Below are positions 13,421 through 26,870 of a stretch of 64,000 bases of DNA, piece by piece. The DNA is taken from assembly GCA_951406725.2 (NCBI GenBank), contig OX597817.1, positions 153,946,001-154,010,000 of the forward strand, given 5' to 3'. Every line of letters begins with the position of its first letter. The stretch's first letter is position 1. Both the position numbers and the translations under genes were made by a program. Source of the stretch: Octopus vulgaris. Its lineage: Eukaryota. Under the pieces are notes generated by a model. The model had not been told where the DNA came from, did no database searches, and saw nothing but the letters and a program-made list of their open reading frames with translations.

Positions 13421-14130
13421 TTCCTAAAATATCTTAACTGTTTTGGTGATCCTTCATTTTCTCAGCTGCTTTTAAGCTAAAGAAAGTTACTAGTTTTTCT
13501 TTACGATTTATAATTACTAAAAAGCGAACCTCGGTCATGCTTGCATCCATTCATATCCCACACATTACTTGCAACACACATATATGGAAGACTCTGCCTT
13601 TTATCTGCTAGAAGTAGCAGCTAAATCTACCTCGAATTACACACTGTGATCAAATGCAAAGTCGACCTCGACGGGACTTTAACTCAGAATGTAAAGGAGC
13701 TGTAGCTAAACACCACCAGGTATTTTGTCTATGTTCTGACTATTCAGCCAATCTATGGTCATTTTGATTGACCAGTTAGTGATTTAATATACATCCCATT
13801 AAAACCTATGCAGGCTTAGATGTGTAGGCATGTTGCTGTGGTTGATGTTATTTAGCTCCCAAGTCAATCTTAGTTTGGCAATCATATGATCAAAAGTATT
13901 CCAGCCATGGCCATATCATATGGATGACTGTGCCACCTTAGCTGTACCTTCTTTTCTCAAGATAATAGAGTATGATTTGGCTGCTACATCTAGCAGGTCA
14001 AAGGTGGAGTTTGCCATATATGTGTATGGCATGCAAGTGTATAGCTAAGGTGGACGAGGACACCGCCGAAGTTTACTTTGTAATAATTAAATCTAAGGTT
14101 TAGATCCCACAGCATTATTATTATTATTAT

Positions 14131-14201
<71 letters not shown>

Positions 14202-15025
14202 ATAGTAGTAGTAGTAATAGTAGTAGTATAAATTTACTTTAAATTATGCGATAGAAAAGGGGAATTTCCTGCCCGATCCTATTGAATATGAAGCTGCTGT
14301 AGCTTCCCCGAATATTCTGTTTATTTCCGATAGAGGCGAATATGAATAGGAGCGGATATCTGTGGGCTTAAAGATGATGTGACGAGGGGAATATAGGGAT
14401 TGACGAAAGAGAGTGCGTTACTTACTATCAATTTGCTGAGAAAAACACACACACATACATACACATGCAATTATTATCCATATGTGTAGGCGCATAAATA
14501 TATCATATATATATGTATATTGAGCGAAAACACCTAAAAGCTCCACGAGGCTCCGGCAGGGGGTGGTGATCCCTGCTGTACTCTTTCACCACTCTTTCTC
14601 CCACTCTTTCTTCTGTTGGCCTGCTCGCTTAGCCAGCGGGGTGGCGTCATTCGAAGGCTAAAACAATGCGAACGCATTGTGACCAGCGATGTGTAACTAC
14701 ATCTGATGGACTGGTCAGTCACGTGGTCACGTATATATATATGGGAACTGATGACTTCTCGTCACCCTAGAATATACCAACGACGAACTTTTCAAAGTAA
14801 CATGTCATTTGGAACGGCTCCTTAGGCATTGAATACTCGCAGGGTTCGTATTCTCTGTGTACACAACCGAAATATCCTACCTGATATTTCGACTCTCAAT
14901 AACCATAGACCTATTTCACAGAGATTACCCAACCCTACTGGTGCATACCTTTTCAAGTAGCTGATTCTATCTTAATCCTCATCTTATTTATATATCTGTA
15001 TGTGTGTATTAGAGAGTGTTTGTGT

Positions 15026-15094
<69 letters not shown>

Positions 15095-15112
15095 CACGCG
15101 CGCATATATATA

Positions 15113-15330
15113 AATTTGAACCCTTTAGACTTTAGCTTCTGGAACGAACTGGTCAGAAAAGTTTGTGAGAATCCCCACAAAAACCTGCAAGCTCTCAAAT
15201 ACTTCATCCGTAGGACGTTGGAGGAAGACATTAAGAAAGCTTGTGGGGCAGTCAGGAAGAGAGTTAAGGAAGTCATTGTGAAAATAGAAGCAACTTTTGA
15301 TGTCTAACAGGTAGAATTTCTGCCAGAATT
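15113..15330 (+). mobile_element. Tc1/mariner transposase C-terminal fragment
   Basis: NLNPLDFSFWNELVRKVCENPHKNLQALK. Confidence 0.7.
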
Positions 15331-16508
15331 GTTTCTAGCACTTTGAAATAAAACTTTAAGCCTCCATTCGAACTCTATTCCAATCCTTTTTGAGCTCTCA
15401 ATCCTGAGCTATGGTCAATTATTTATGTCATTTTCGTCCATGATCAACTTCATCACGATCCTTCTGGTAAGCTTGGAGAGTATTCAATAATTTTTCTTGC
15501 TCAAAGTAGAGTCCAATAGTGTTGGATAAAGTATCTAATAATTGCATTAAGTTATCTTTAAGTGTTCCTGAGGTACAAAGGTTCGAAGCTGAATCTAAAA
15601 TTTAGACAATTTTGCTGATACTCCCGGCATATGTGTGTATCTTTGTATCTGTGCTTGTCCCCACCATCACGGCTTGACAACTGGTGTTGGTGTGTTTACG
15701 TCCCCCGTAACTTAGAGGTTCGTCAAAAGAGACCGCTAGAATAAGCACTAGGCTTTAAAAAATATCCTGGAGTCGATTTGTTCGACTAAAACCCTCCAAG
15801 GCAGTGCTCTAACATGACCGCAGTCAAATGACTGACCAAGTAAAAGAATTAAAGAATAATCCAGAAAGACTGAGGAATCAGAGATTCCGGAAAATCGATG
15901 TTGTACTTTTACTTCTTTTAAGATCGCTTCCAGTCGAGGAGACCACATATAAAATACATTACAGCGTACAGTTATAATTTATTATATGTGGATAGTTTTA
16001 GATGTGTTATCAAGGGCTGAAGCATCAACTGAGTCATTCCCGTTTCAAGACATTTAAACTGAGAGGAAGACTGCAACGTTTCTCATCAGACAGATTACAT
16101 TTCATCAGAGATATATAATCTATGTATAATTCAGGGAGTATGTTGAAAGTGTCTATATCCGTCAATGTGATTCTGTTTCTTAATATAACCGGCAGTTTAA
16201 GATTAATACAGATTAGCCGGAAATCTAACGAGATACATCGTATCAAAGTAGGCCGCTTGCAAGAAATTTAAGAAGAATGTTGTATGAATATTGGCTGTAA
16301 AACAACCAGGCTACTCCTCTGCCATTAATCTAAATGATATTTTACGATAGCATATGTTGATGTATTTATATATTATACACACGCACATTTACACACATAC
16401 GCACACACACACACACATATTTCATATATACACATATACATATATTCACACTTACATTGTATATACATATATATAAATATATGCAGACGAGCACACACAC
16501 ACACACAT

Positions 16509-16544
<36 letters not shown>

Positions 16545-16929
16545 CCCACACGCATACACACTTATCTAAAAAGAAACATATATGAAGATAAAACGAAATA
16601 CGCAAATGCAAATGTATATAAGAACATATTCACACCTGTATATGTTTGTGTATGTCTGTCTGTCTATATTGCGTACCAATGCGTAGGTTTACAAAGGTTT
16701 GCAATTTTCTGTACGAAATGATATCTCTGTAAACTGGAATTTATGACTATATGTCACCTTGACATATATCGTTATTACTGAAGAGAGATACATTTTCATT
16801 TGTATATGAGTGATATTTTAACTTTCGTTATTCCGTACATTCATGCTAATACAATCAAATATAATTCTACAAATTCTGAAAATATTACCAGTTGGTTGCT
16901 GCAACGGAATTAATATTGGATGAAATACT

Positions 16930-17144
16930 CTCTCTTTTACTCTTTACTCTTTTACTTGTTTCAGTCATTTGATTGCGGCCATGCTGAAGCACCGTCTTTA
17001 GTCGAGCAAATCGACCCCAGGACTTATTCTTTGTAAGCCTAGTACTTATTCTATCGGTCACTTTTGCCGAACCGCTAAGTTACGGGGACGTAAACACACC
17101 AGCATCGGTTGTCAAGCGATGTTGGGGAGACAAACACAGACACA

Positions 17145-17180
<36 letters not shown>

Positions 17181-17354
17181 TATATATATACGATGGGCTT
17201 CTTTCAGTTTCCGTCTGCCAAATCCACTCACAGGGCTTTGGTCGGCCCGAGGCTATAGTAGAAGACATTTGCCCAAGGTGCCACGCAGTGGGACTGAACC
17301 CGGAACCATGTGGTTGGTAAGCAAGCTACTTACCACACAGCCACTCCTGCGCCT
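16930..17354 (-). mobile_element. SINE family B, full length
   Basis: Highly similar to 10685-11093. Confidence 0.88.
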
Positions 17355-17865
17355 ATATGATTATTTTTCAATGAAAAATGTTAAGTTTGTAGAATCAGAA
17401 CAAAATCATTTACGTTATTTAAGTTAATCGTAATTTGCATTCTGATTTCAAAGCTGCCTGAGATAAACTGTACCAAATCTATAATTCATTCCAATTGATT
17501 GTGATCTGGTAGAGATAGCAGAGGACCGAGCAAAATAACTTTCAGTATTTTAGTGAGGGCCATTTACGTTTTAACTTCAAAACCACCCGAGGTGAGCTTT
17601 GCCTTTCATCTCACAAGGGCCAACAAAATGTATACTACTAAAGTAACATTGAGACTTACGGCAGAGGGGATCCAAGATTTCACAAACACAGGGAGGAATA
17701 TCGATGTTGCACGGACAACGGCCAGATCAAGAGCATGTACGAATATATGTATGTATATATGTATGCTTATATGTAGTTATATGTCTATATATGTGTATAT
17801 ATATGTGCATACGTTTGTGTGTCCGTTTTCTTTTCATTCTCTCTCCATTTTTTCCTTCTTATTCA

Positions 17866-17899
17866 TTTCTGTCGAAGAGCGTAGGCTCGAAACGTAAAA
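17866..17899 (+). ncRNA. Minimal hammerhead-like motif, variant core CTGTCGA
   Basis: TTT-CTGTCGA-A-GAGC-GTAG-GCTC-GAAAC-GTA-AAA. Confidence 0.45.
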
Positions 17900-17995
17900 G
17901 ACATTTCCATTTTTCCCGAGCGCTAAACTAACACACCTGCTTGTTGTTCTTGCACCTGTCTTCGTTTTTTGTCTTTCTATGAATATGAACTACAC

Positions 17996-18051
<56 letters not shown>

Positions 18052-18569
18052 ATACATACACACACACAAAAACATAACTTATGTGGGTGATATTTTCAAC
18101 TGAGACATTATAATCGCATCTGATCCTTCAATTCTGTGTATGTACATACATTTACTAGATTGCTGACATTTATTAATGGATTTCCCCATTGGGTTGATGT
18201 GCCATTTTCTATCATTAATAAAACTGTCGGCATCTTTGCCGACACGGCCATGCTAGTTGTATTATAATTTGGAACAGCTATAACTATTAAATCCGAGCCC
18301 GTGTTAGTTGTATATTCTTATTTTATTCTTTTACGTGTTTCTGTCATTAGACTGTGGCGATACTGAGGCATCATCTTGATAGATTTAGTCAAGCAAATCA
18401 ACCACAGTAATTATTTATTATTAAACTTTGATACTATCCTTTCAGTTCTTTTGCCGAACTACTAAGATTTTGATAAAATATCATGTAGGGAAACAGAAAA
18501 CTATCGAATAAAGAAACAAGGAAAGTGTGCACATGTTGAATACAGAAATATTTTTTCTTTATTTTGCAG

Positions 18570-18606
18570 GCGTCAGTTGCTGCTTATGATCGAACAGATG
18601 CGTCAA
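18570..18606 (+). CDS. Exon 2 of VWA gene (ASVAAYDRTDAS; end of signal peptide, V-A-A|Y cleavage-like site)
   Basis: Pyrimidine tract plus TTTTGCAG acceptor, GTAAGA donor at 18607; 37 nt, phase 0 to 1, matching the phase-1 acceptor of exon 3. Confidence 0.8.
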
Positions 18607-18764
18607 GTAAGAGCTTTTGATACATCCAATTTACTTCATTTTGTTTTCTTTTTCATTTCTTTGACAAGTACTTTTACGTTTTAATAAAATAGTGAACGCT
18701 AGTAACTGCGACACATAAAAAACGTCACCCTTTTCAAGCCTAGCCAGGCAGAATGCAGTTGGGA

Positions 18765-19445
18765 CGTTTGGAATCTCGCTATGCAATAAGGTTTTGCGTT
18801 AAACTTTGCAAAAATGCTACCGAAACTTCACAAAATGCTCCAGATGCTTATGGATTAGCTTTTCTGCTGGCACAAGTGCTTCAAGAACGGTAGAGAGAAA
18901 GTGAGGGACGATGAGAAATATAGGCGGGAGAGGGACGTCAGAAAATCAGATTCGTAATTTTCTGGATAAAGACCGTTGTGTGACTACAAAGACAATAACC
19001 GTACAGTTTGTAGTTGGCGAGGCAACTGTACACCGAATTATTCTTAAAGATATCAACATGCGCAAATTTTGTGCAAAGTTTGTTCCCAGGGTATTCAGTA
19101 ACGAGCATCCAGGTAACCAACTACTTGACAGGGATGAGTATCAAAATAGTCCCTCACCAACCCTACAGTCCAGACCTTGCTCGATCTGAATTTTGGTTGT
19201 TTTCCAAGTTGAAGGAGAACCTCAGGTGCAGTCGTTTTGAAGATAAAGGCTGCGACAAGGGTTTCGGATACCTTTACGTTCGTTGGTAGCTTTTCTTGGG
19301 GCCTTCACGAAGTGGCTGGAGCGTTATAACAAGTGCGCTGAAATGAGAGGACCCAACTTTGAAGGAGACGAGAGTTCTGTATTTCTTTGAAATTAATAAA
19401 TGTGTCTCCTGAAAAAGTTTAAAAACTTCTGAAATGCATTTTGTA
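18765..19445 (+). mobile_element. Internally deleted mariner relic
   Basis: MRKFCAKFVPRVF (WVPR-type motif) and HQPYSPDLARSEFWLFSKLK (YSPDL motif). Confidence 0.85.
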
Positions 19446-19575
19446 TATGCTCATGAAGCTAACATTGATTGTCTAACGTGGAAAAAACTAAGTGCTAATA
19501 GCTGATATACACAGTCCTTCCTCTTTTTAGTTAAGCTAAAAATTATATTTAAATGATGCTTATACACAAATAGCT

Positions 19576-19721
19576 AGGCGCAGGCGTGGCTGTGTGGTAA
19601 GTAACTTGCTTACGAACTACATGGTTCCGGGTTCATTCCCACTGCGTGGCACCTTGGGCAAGCGTCTTCTACTATAGCCTCGTGAGTAGATTTGGTAGAC
19701 GGAAACTGAAAGAAGCCCGTC

Positions 19722-19783
<62 letters not shown>

Positions 19784-19990
19784 TTGTGTTTCTGTGTTTG
19801 TCCCCTTCAAACATCGCTTGACAACCGATGGTGGTGTGTTTACGTCCCCGTAACTTAGCTGTTCGGTAACAAGAGACCGATAGAATAAGTACTAGGCTTC
19901 CAAAGAATAAGTCCTGGGGTCGATCTGCTTGACTAAAGGTGGTGCTCCAGCATGGCCGCAGTCAAATGACTGAAACAAGTAATAGAGTAC
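19576..19990 (+). mobile_element. SINE family B, full length (older copies at about 5811-6270, 20070-20490, 33780-34270, 62075-62600, 62640-63050)
   Basis: Same head, internal microsatellite and tail as other family B copies. Confidence 0.88.
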
Positions 19991-20636
19991 AAGCAAAATA
20001 AAAAAGCCATTCTTCGACAATAACAAATAACGTTTTCTAAGTCGGAATTCAAAGAGAAGACTGTATTCTTTTATTTGTTTCAGTCCATGGACTAGTCATG
20101 ATGAGGCTCCACCTTGCAGGGTTTGGTTGGTCAAATCGACCCCCAGTATTCAAATTTTTTGTGTATTCTATTGATCACTTAGGCCGAAACGCTAAGTAAC
20201 GAGGACATAAATAAACTGAGAGCGGTTGTCAAGTAGTGGTGGGAACACACAAGGACACGGGTACAATTATATACACACATACTTATATATGTATATATAA
20301 ATGTGTGTACGTGTGTTTGTGTGTCCATGTAAGTATGTATGTATGGCAAGCATCCACATAGCTTCCTTCCACCAAATTCATTCATAAAGTATTTATCGGT
20401 CCTGAGCTATAGTAGAAGACACTTGGCCAAAATGCTGTGCAATGGGGCTGAATCTAAAACCACGTCGCTGGAGGGATAACCTAACCACACACGCATGGTT
20501 TTAGTCAGTTAGATCGGTATATTGTCTCTGCTTCTTCGAGACACAAAGCTGCCCTTCTCCGAAATGGAACTCAGAAGCTGGGCTATTTCACTATTCTCAC
20601 TTAAAACAACGGAGTAACACGATGTTGATTCATTTG

Positions 20637-21026
20637 ATGGATGGAAGCACTCCGTCGGTTACGACGACGAGGGTTCCGGTTGATCCGAATCAACGGAACA
20701 GCCTGCTCGTGAAATTAACGTGTAAGTGGCTGAGCACCCCACAGACACGTGTACCCTAAACGTAGTTCTCGGGGAATATTCAGCGTAACACAGAAAGTGA
20801 CAAGGCCGGCCCTTTGAAATACAGGTACAACAGAAACAGGAAGTAAGAGTGAGAGAAAGTTGTAGTGAAAGAATACAGCAGGGATCACCACCATCCCCTG
20901 CCGGAGCCTCGTGGAGCTTTAGGTGTTTTCGCTCAATAAACACTCACAACGCCCGGTCTGGGAATCGAAACCGCGATCCTATGACCGCGAGTCCGCTGCC
21001 CTAACCACTGGGCCATTGCGCCTCCA
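20637..21026 (-). mobile_element. SINE family A, full length
   Basis: Near-identical to 597-975; TSD GTTGATTCATTT. Confidence 0.88.
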
Positions 21027-21206
21027 CGTTGATTCATTTAACGTGTTGGGGAAACGAAATGATAAGGTTCCAATAATTAAAAAATAGAATACCCTAATCA
21101 CTCAGTCAATAGTTTATCAAATTGTTTGGTGAAAAACTACGGTAGCGGTTTCTGTACTGACGCTTATTCTGCGCCGTGTCCGTGGAAAACTGAAACCCAT
21201 CAATAC

Positions 21207-21437
21207 CTATTTCTTTACTACCCACAAGGGGCTAAACATAGAGAGGACAAACAAGGATAGACATAGGTATTAAGTCGATTACATCGACCCCAGCGCATAA
21301 CTGGTACTTATTTAATCGACCCCGAAAGGATGAAAGGCAAAGTCGACCTCGGCGGAATTTGAACTCAGAACGTAACGGCAGACGAAATACCGCAAAGCAT
21401 CTCACCCAGCGTGCTAACGTTTCTGCCAGCTCGCCGC
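21207..21437 (-). mobile_element. SINE family C monomer (another at 26251-26482, + strand)
   Basis: TSD CCATCAATACC; same structure as 9640-9873. Confidence 0.85.
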
Positions 21438-22568
21438 CATCAATACCACTTACGCAATCTGTTCTCCAACTAATAAACTGGTGCTCCGTCGGATACGACT
21501 ACGAAAGTTCCAGTTGATCCGATCAATGGAATAGCATGCTCATGAAATTACTGTACAAGTGGCTGATCTCTCCACAGACACGCGTACCCATACTCTAGTG
21601 CTCAGGAAAATTCAGTGTGTGTTATATCGCACGTTCGGGTGCCTTCTACTCAACTCGACTCCACTCTACTTTGTCCTAGTCTGCTGTGATCTTGACGTCT
21701 AGGCTTCTCCCTCTATATCTACGTATTGGGCTAGCCTACTTCATCGTCTGGGGGCGTCCACAGTGTGATATAGAATGTGTCAAGGCTGGTCCGTTGAAAT
21801 ACAGGTACTACCCATTTTTGCTGAGTGGACTGCTGCAAAGTGAAATAAATTGTCTTGCTCAAAGACATAACGTGCTGCCGTGAATCGAACTCACGACCTT
21901 GAGCCGAGTACTCTAACTACTAAACCACGCGCCTTCACTCTCCAACTAATAGGTACCATCTGGACATACTTCTACAAGCAACACGAGTAGTATCATCACT
22001 AAGTGTGTCTAGAAAAACAAAACATTACAAAATGGGATTCGCTGTACATATTTATTTTCAAGTCGTACTTAAAAACCACCGGGTTGTGCGGCGTTCGGTT
22101 TCAATCTAGAATAAAGCTCCACCTCCGGATCTAACAAGTATAACTAAAACATTGCGGGGGGAAAAAACGGAATTTATAGAGGATACATGTAACATTAATT
22201 CTCCACTTCAGTAAAAATTTAACCCGGAATAATCTCCAGCTGTGTGACCTATGTTAAATACAAAGAAGAGAAATACTATATGTATTTATTCTTTTAACTA
22301 AAGTATGTTAATTGCCTTTAAAAATTTAGTACATTCTGAGTATTTGACCCGTGACCCGTGTATAATATAAATATTTGCCTAGATGATATAACAATCTAAT
22401 ATGAAATGAAAAGAAACTTGTATTTATTCTCACATTATGTTGTCAGTATATACTTGTAAGTACTCAACAGCTCAAATTAGCTCCATATGACTTTCATGGG
22501 AGCGCAGGACGCGTCCATCTCATTAGATACCGATGTATTAGTATAACGCTCGGGAAATGAAAAAAGTC

Positions 22569-22602
22569 TTTAACGTTTCGAGCCTACGCTCTTCCACAGA
22601 AA
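22569..22602 (-). ncRNA. Minimal hammerhead-like motif, variant core CTGTGGA
   Basis: Minus strand TTT-CTGTGGA-A-GAGC-GTAG-GCTC-GAAAC-GTT-AAA; same subfamily as 17866. Confidence 0.45.
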
Positions 22603-22857
22603 TGAACACAGAAAGAAACAAGGAGAGTACAACACACGCATACACTTATGAGTATTCATTTATTCTTCTACTGGTTTCAATAATTAACTGCAACAATCCT
22701 GGAGCTTGAACATAAGAGCTTCAGTTGGCCTATCTCCACTCGTACTTCAATCCAGTCCTTATTTTATGAAATATTGATCGAACTGCTAAGTTGAATATAA
22801 GGAATATAAAGAAATACACTGGTTTTCAAGCAAATGACAAGATGTGTGTGTGTGTAT

Positions 22858-22992
22858 ACATACGTACATACATACATACATACATACATACATACATACA
22901 TACATACATACATACATACATACATACATACATACATACAAACATACATACATACATACATACATACATACATACATACATACATTCATACA

Positions 22993-23024
<32 letters not shown>

Positions 23025-23272
23025 CATTTACATACATACGTATGTATGCATCTATGTAAGTATGTATGTACGTATGTCGGCATGTATGCATCATGCATAC
23101 ATGCATATGTATGTATGTATGTATGTATGTTTGTATGTATGTTTGTATGTATGTATGTATGTATGTATGTATGTATGTTTGTATGTATGTATGAATGTAT
23201 GTATGTATGTTTGTATGTATGTATGTATGTATGTATGTATGTATGTATGTATGTATGTATGTATGTATGTAT
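22858..23272. repeat. Inverted (CATA)n/(TATG)n microsatellite pair
   Basis: About 180 bp of CATA, a mixed centre, then about 165 bp of TATG. Confidence 0.95.
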
Positions 23273-23374
23273 GGGCGCTGGCGCAAATTTGAGGTTGAGA
23301 AACTTGCTTCCTAACCATGTGGCCTCGAGTTCAGTCGCTCCGTGCGGTACGCGATCTTAGCTAGAGGGGTGCAA

Positions 23375-23725
23375 TCTGATGTCGACACATCTATCAGGGG
23401 CACCAAAACTTATGTCAGATATGGTTAGTTGAGGGTTTACGTCACTGATACTAGCCAGATCAACCGCATTAGGGTTACTGCAGACAGAACAGTATTGTCT
23501 CTGCAATATCTCACACATGGATTTTGCGTCATGTAGAGTGTCGTTCGCGTCAACCAGAGGACCAACAGTAGAAGCAGCGTGTATAAACACGCAAATGAAA
23601 AGAACATTTTGGGATTGAGTCTTATTTTCTCAATGGCCCAACTCTCCTCAGCTGCTCTTTGACTGTTAACGATGGTCATCATACTTTTTTGGAGGGTCGT
23701 ATTTCTTCGATTCGAGTCATGCAAT
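23375..23725 (-). mobile_element. CR1/L2-type LINE ORF2 central fragment
   Basis: AIEKIRLNPKMFFSFA and TVGPLVD...MCEILQRQYCSV, frameshifted. Confidence 0.65.
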
Positions 23726-23839
23726 GGCAATCGAATGAGTGCGTTGCTGCTGACAGTATTTAAGTTGTTTGATTTTCTTGTTAATTCCTTTTATTTTTCT
23801 TATATATACACATATATATATATATACATACACACACAT

Positions 23840-23895
<56 letters not shown>

Positions 23896-23990
23896 ATGTA
23901 AGAAGTATATCTTTTTATATATGTGTATGTGTGTATATAATATATATATGTATGTAAGAAGTATATCTTTATATATATGTATGTTATATA

Positions 23991-24048
<58 letters not shown>

Positions 24049-24087
24049 TCCTCTGTCTTCCCGTCTCGGGATCTTTCCTTCTCCCAT

Positions 24088-24122
24088 GTTTCCGACGAAG
24101 AGCTCCGCTCGAAACGTCAAAC
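24088..24122 (+). ncRNA. Minimal hammerhead-like motif, variant core (CCGACGA plus extra A)
   Basis: GTTT-CCGACGA-A-GAGC-TCC-GCTC-GAAAC-GTC-AAAC: helix I GUUU/AAAC, helix II GAGC/GCUC, GUC triplet. Confidence 0.55.
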
Positions 24123-24214
24123 CCTCCTTCTTCCCTTCTTTCCTGAGCGTCCAATAATACTTTATTTGTTCCACATCCTTGCGTTGTTGTCTTTTTGTTT
24201 TCTTGTTTGGATTA

Positions 24215-24253
<39 letters not shown>

Positions 24254-24257
<4 letters not shown>

Positions 24258-24665
24258 TCCCAAAAGTCACTTATTGGGTTTCAGTTTTCAATAACTACCT
24301 TAAACTTTACAAAGTAAATCTCACACATTGTTCCAGCAAGATGGGGCAACTGCTCATGCCGCAGGAGAAACAATGCAGTTGCTACTGCAGTTCTTTGGAG
24401 AGAGAATAATCTCCCGCTACGGCAATGTCTACTCGCCTTCACATTCCCCAAACTTGACTAACCCGAATTTTTTTCTTGCGGGGATACCTGAAACAGAGGG
24501 TTTATGTCAACAAACCTGGTGCACCTGAAGGAGAACATCATTAGAGAAATCAGAGAAGTGGGGTCTGAAACTCTTGAAGGTGTTATGGTGCAAGTCTTGG
24601 GAAGAGCTCGTCGAGCGTGCGTAGACGAAAATGGCTGCCATTCAAGCGATGCCATATTTTATATG
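24254..24665 (+). mobile_element. Tc1/mariner relic with DD41D-type spacing (rosa/VS-like)
   Basis: FQQDGATAH...SPNLTNPNFFL(W)GYLK; 41 residues between the D of QQDG and the third catalytic position (here N). Confidence 0.75.
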
Positions 24666-26870
24666 TGATGTAGTGGTGTTGCAAAATTTGACTTGTGCAT
24701 ATTAATTTCCATTATGTCCTTTACGTGGTATCAAAATTTCATGCATTTATTTGTAAAGTTAAGGAAGCCTAGCAGCAGGTATTTAAAGGAAAAAATTTGA
24801 CAAGATAGGCAGTCGCTCGCTGACACTCGTTGACGCTACATCGAAGAGGCCATGGAACAGAAGAAAGAAGAAACATTGGACCCAACACCAGAGCTGAAGA
24901 CACCTCCGAAAGGAGGAGGGGCACGTCAAAACGGTAGAGGAGTAGGGGCTGAAACCGGACGTGGTTTCTCCTGATGATGTCTTGAGCTAACTGGATCCTA
25001 TAAAGGAGCTGCTGTGGTAGCAGACCACGAAACACGGTTGTAATTCCTATATGTGTGTGTGTGTGTATGTGTACTACATCCCTTCTTGATATCCTGTTGC
25101 TTATTTTGATTTTATTCACTTTACTTCGAGTTGTGCGGATAATACCGGACCGACTTGGTGCTTTAACTTAAGTACCTAATTCAACTGAATCTCAATTATT
25201 TATATGTGTGTGGTGGTGGGGGGGGTGCGAAGTGTACAGTAGTTGCTTTGATAGATGCCAATATTAGGTTAAGTTAATAACCATGGGTTTGAAAGAATAG
25301 CGACTTCCAGATTTCCCCCCATTATTATTAATATTATCATTTATTTATTTATTTATTTATTTTTAATATTTGGAGGAAAGGTTTTGCCATAGCCTTAGCC
25401 GGTCCTCGATGACATGGTTAACGTACTCTTAATCAGTTGCAAACTGGCGGCTACATTCTAGAATGCTGACATTGTGATAAGCTATATTAATTCTAGACAA
25501 TAACCATTATTTTATCTGTTGTATGTGAGCCTTTGCACAGCATTTTGGCCAAGTGTCTTCTACTATAGCTCAGGACCGATAAATATTTTATGAATGAATT
25601 TGGTGGAAGGAAGCTATGTGGATGCTTGCCATACATACTATTGGTTATTACCATCAATTTCATATGTCGACATCGAGGCAGTTCGTGTATGGGCAGTTCG
25701 TGAACGGGCAGTTCAGTTGAAAAACCTCGAGCAGGAAATGAAATTCACGATTCTACTTTCATGATTTTTAAAAATGGATTGACAGAGTAAATAAGATAAT
25801 TACAAGGAATAATCTAATCTCTATCCCAAACTCGGTCTACCGTTACTTTTCTCTAAACTATGCCACTAACCGATGGTAATACATAAAAGTTCCTATTATC
25901 AGAGAATGGATATTAAAAAAAAGTTATGTATAGAAGTTGATGGATGTTGATACTATAACTTTGCAGTGTTTTAAACTGAATTTCCCGATTTCTCAATGAA
26001 AACGTTTAACGGTGCTTTGAATATGATGCAAAGTAACTTATTTTCAACGATTTACTTATGTAGTGAACACCGTATAGTGGGGGAAAGTTGCAGCGAATAG
26101 AGCTCACAGCGTAGAAAACATAAACTGAAACTGTTTGCTTCTTTTTGATTGGTAATAACTCAGTGGTATGAGGACACAGTGTCCTATTTACCTCTCATAA
26201 AATCAGACTTCCTTATCATGGATAATTCGGATGATGATTAAATCAACGAAAGCGGCGAGCTGGTAGAATCGTTAGTACGGCGGGCGAAATGCTTAGCGGT
26301 ATTTCGTCTGCCGCTACGTTCTGAGTTCAAATTCCGCCGAGGTCGACTTTGCCTTTCATTCTTTCGGGGTCGATAAATTAAGCACCAGTTACGCACTGGG
26401 GTCGATGTAATCGACTTAATCCGTTTGTCTGTCCTTGTTTGTCCCCTCTGTGTTTAGCCCCTTGTGGGTAGTAAAGAAATAGAAGTGTGTTTAATTCACG
26501 GATACGCGTTATAAATGTATATGTATCCTTATTTTTTTTAAAAATTGTATTTTCATACTTTTTTCCTGTTATGGACCAAATTTTCTGTAGGAAATATATT
26601 AAAAACACTTCCAATATATTATTGCTATCGAAGCTTAGAATATAGAGAGACGGAATTAAGAATTATAATTTTTGCTCATTTTATCCACCTCGGAAGAGAA
26701 AAAGACAAAGTATACCACAGTAGAATTATCACTCAGATTATGACGTCCTCAAAACTAAATATTAAGTTCCAATGTCCAACCATTTTTTCCTACTCGCCAT
26801 CTTTTTATTTCAGAGAAATTTTAACGACTGCTTTTATGATTTCGTATTTTTTTCTAATTTCTTAAAACAG

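Noticed and set aside
14746-14770. CTGATGA hammerhead core candidate
   Set aside because: No correctly placed helix II-GAAA or helix I partner.
24669-25078. Possible solo LTR (TGTAGT...ACTACA)
   Set aside because: No target-site duplication and no second copy or internal domain in the window.
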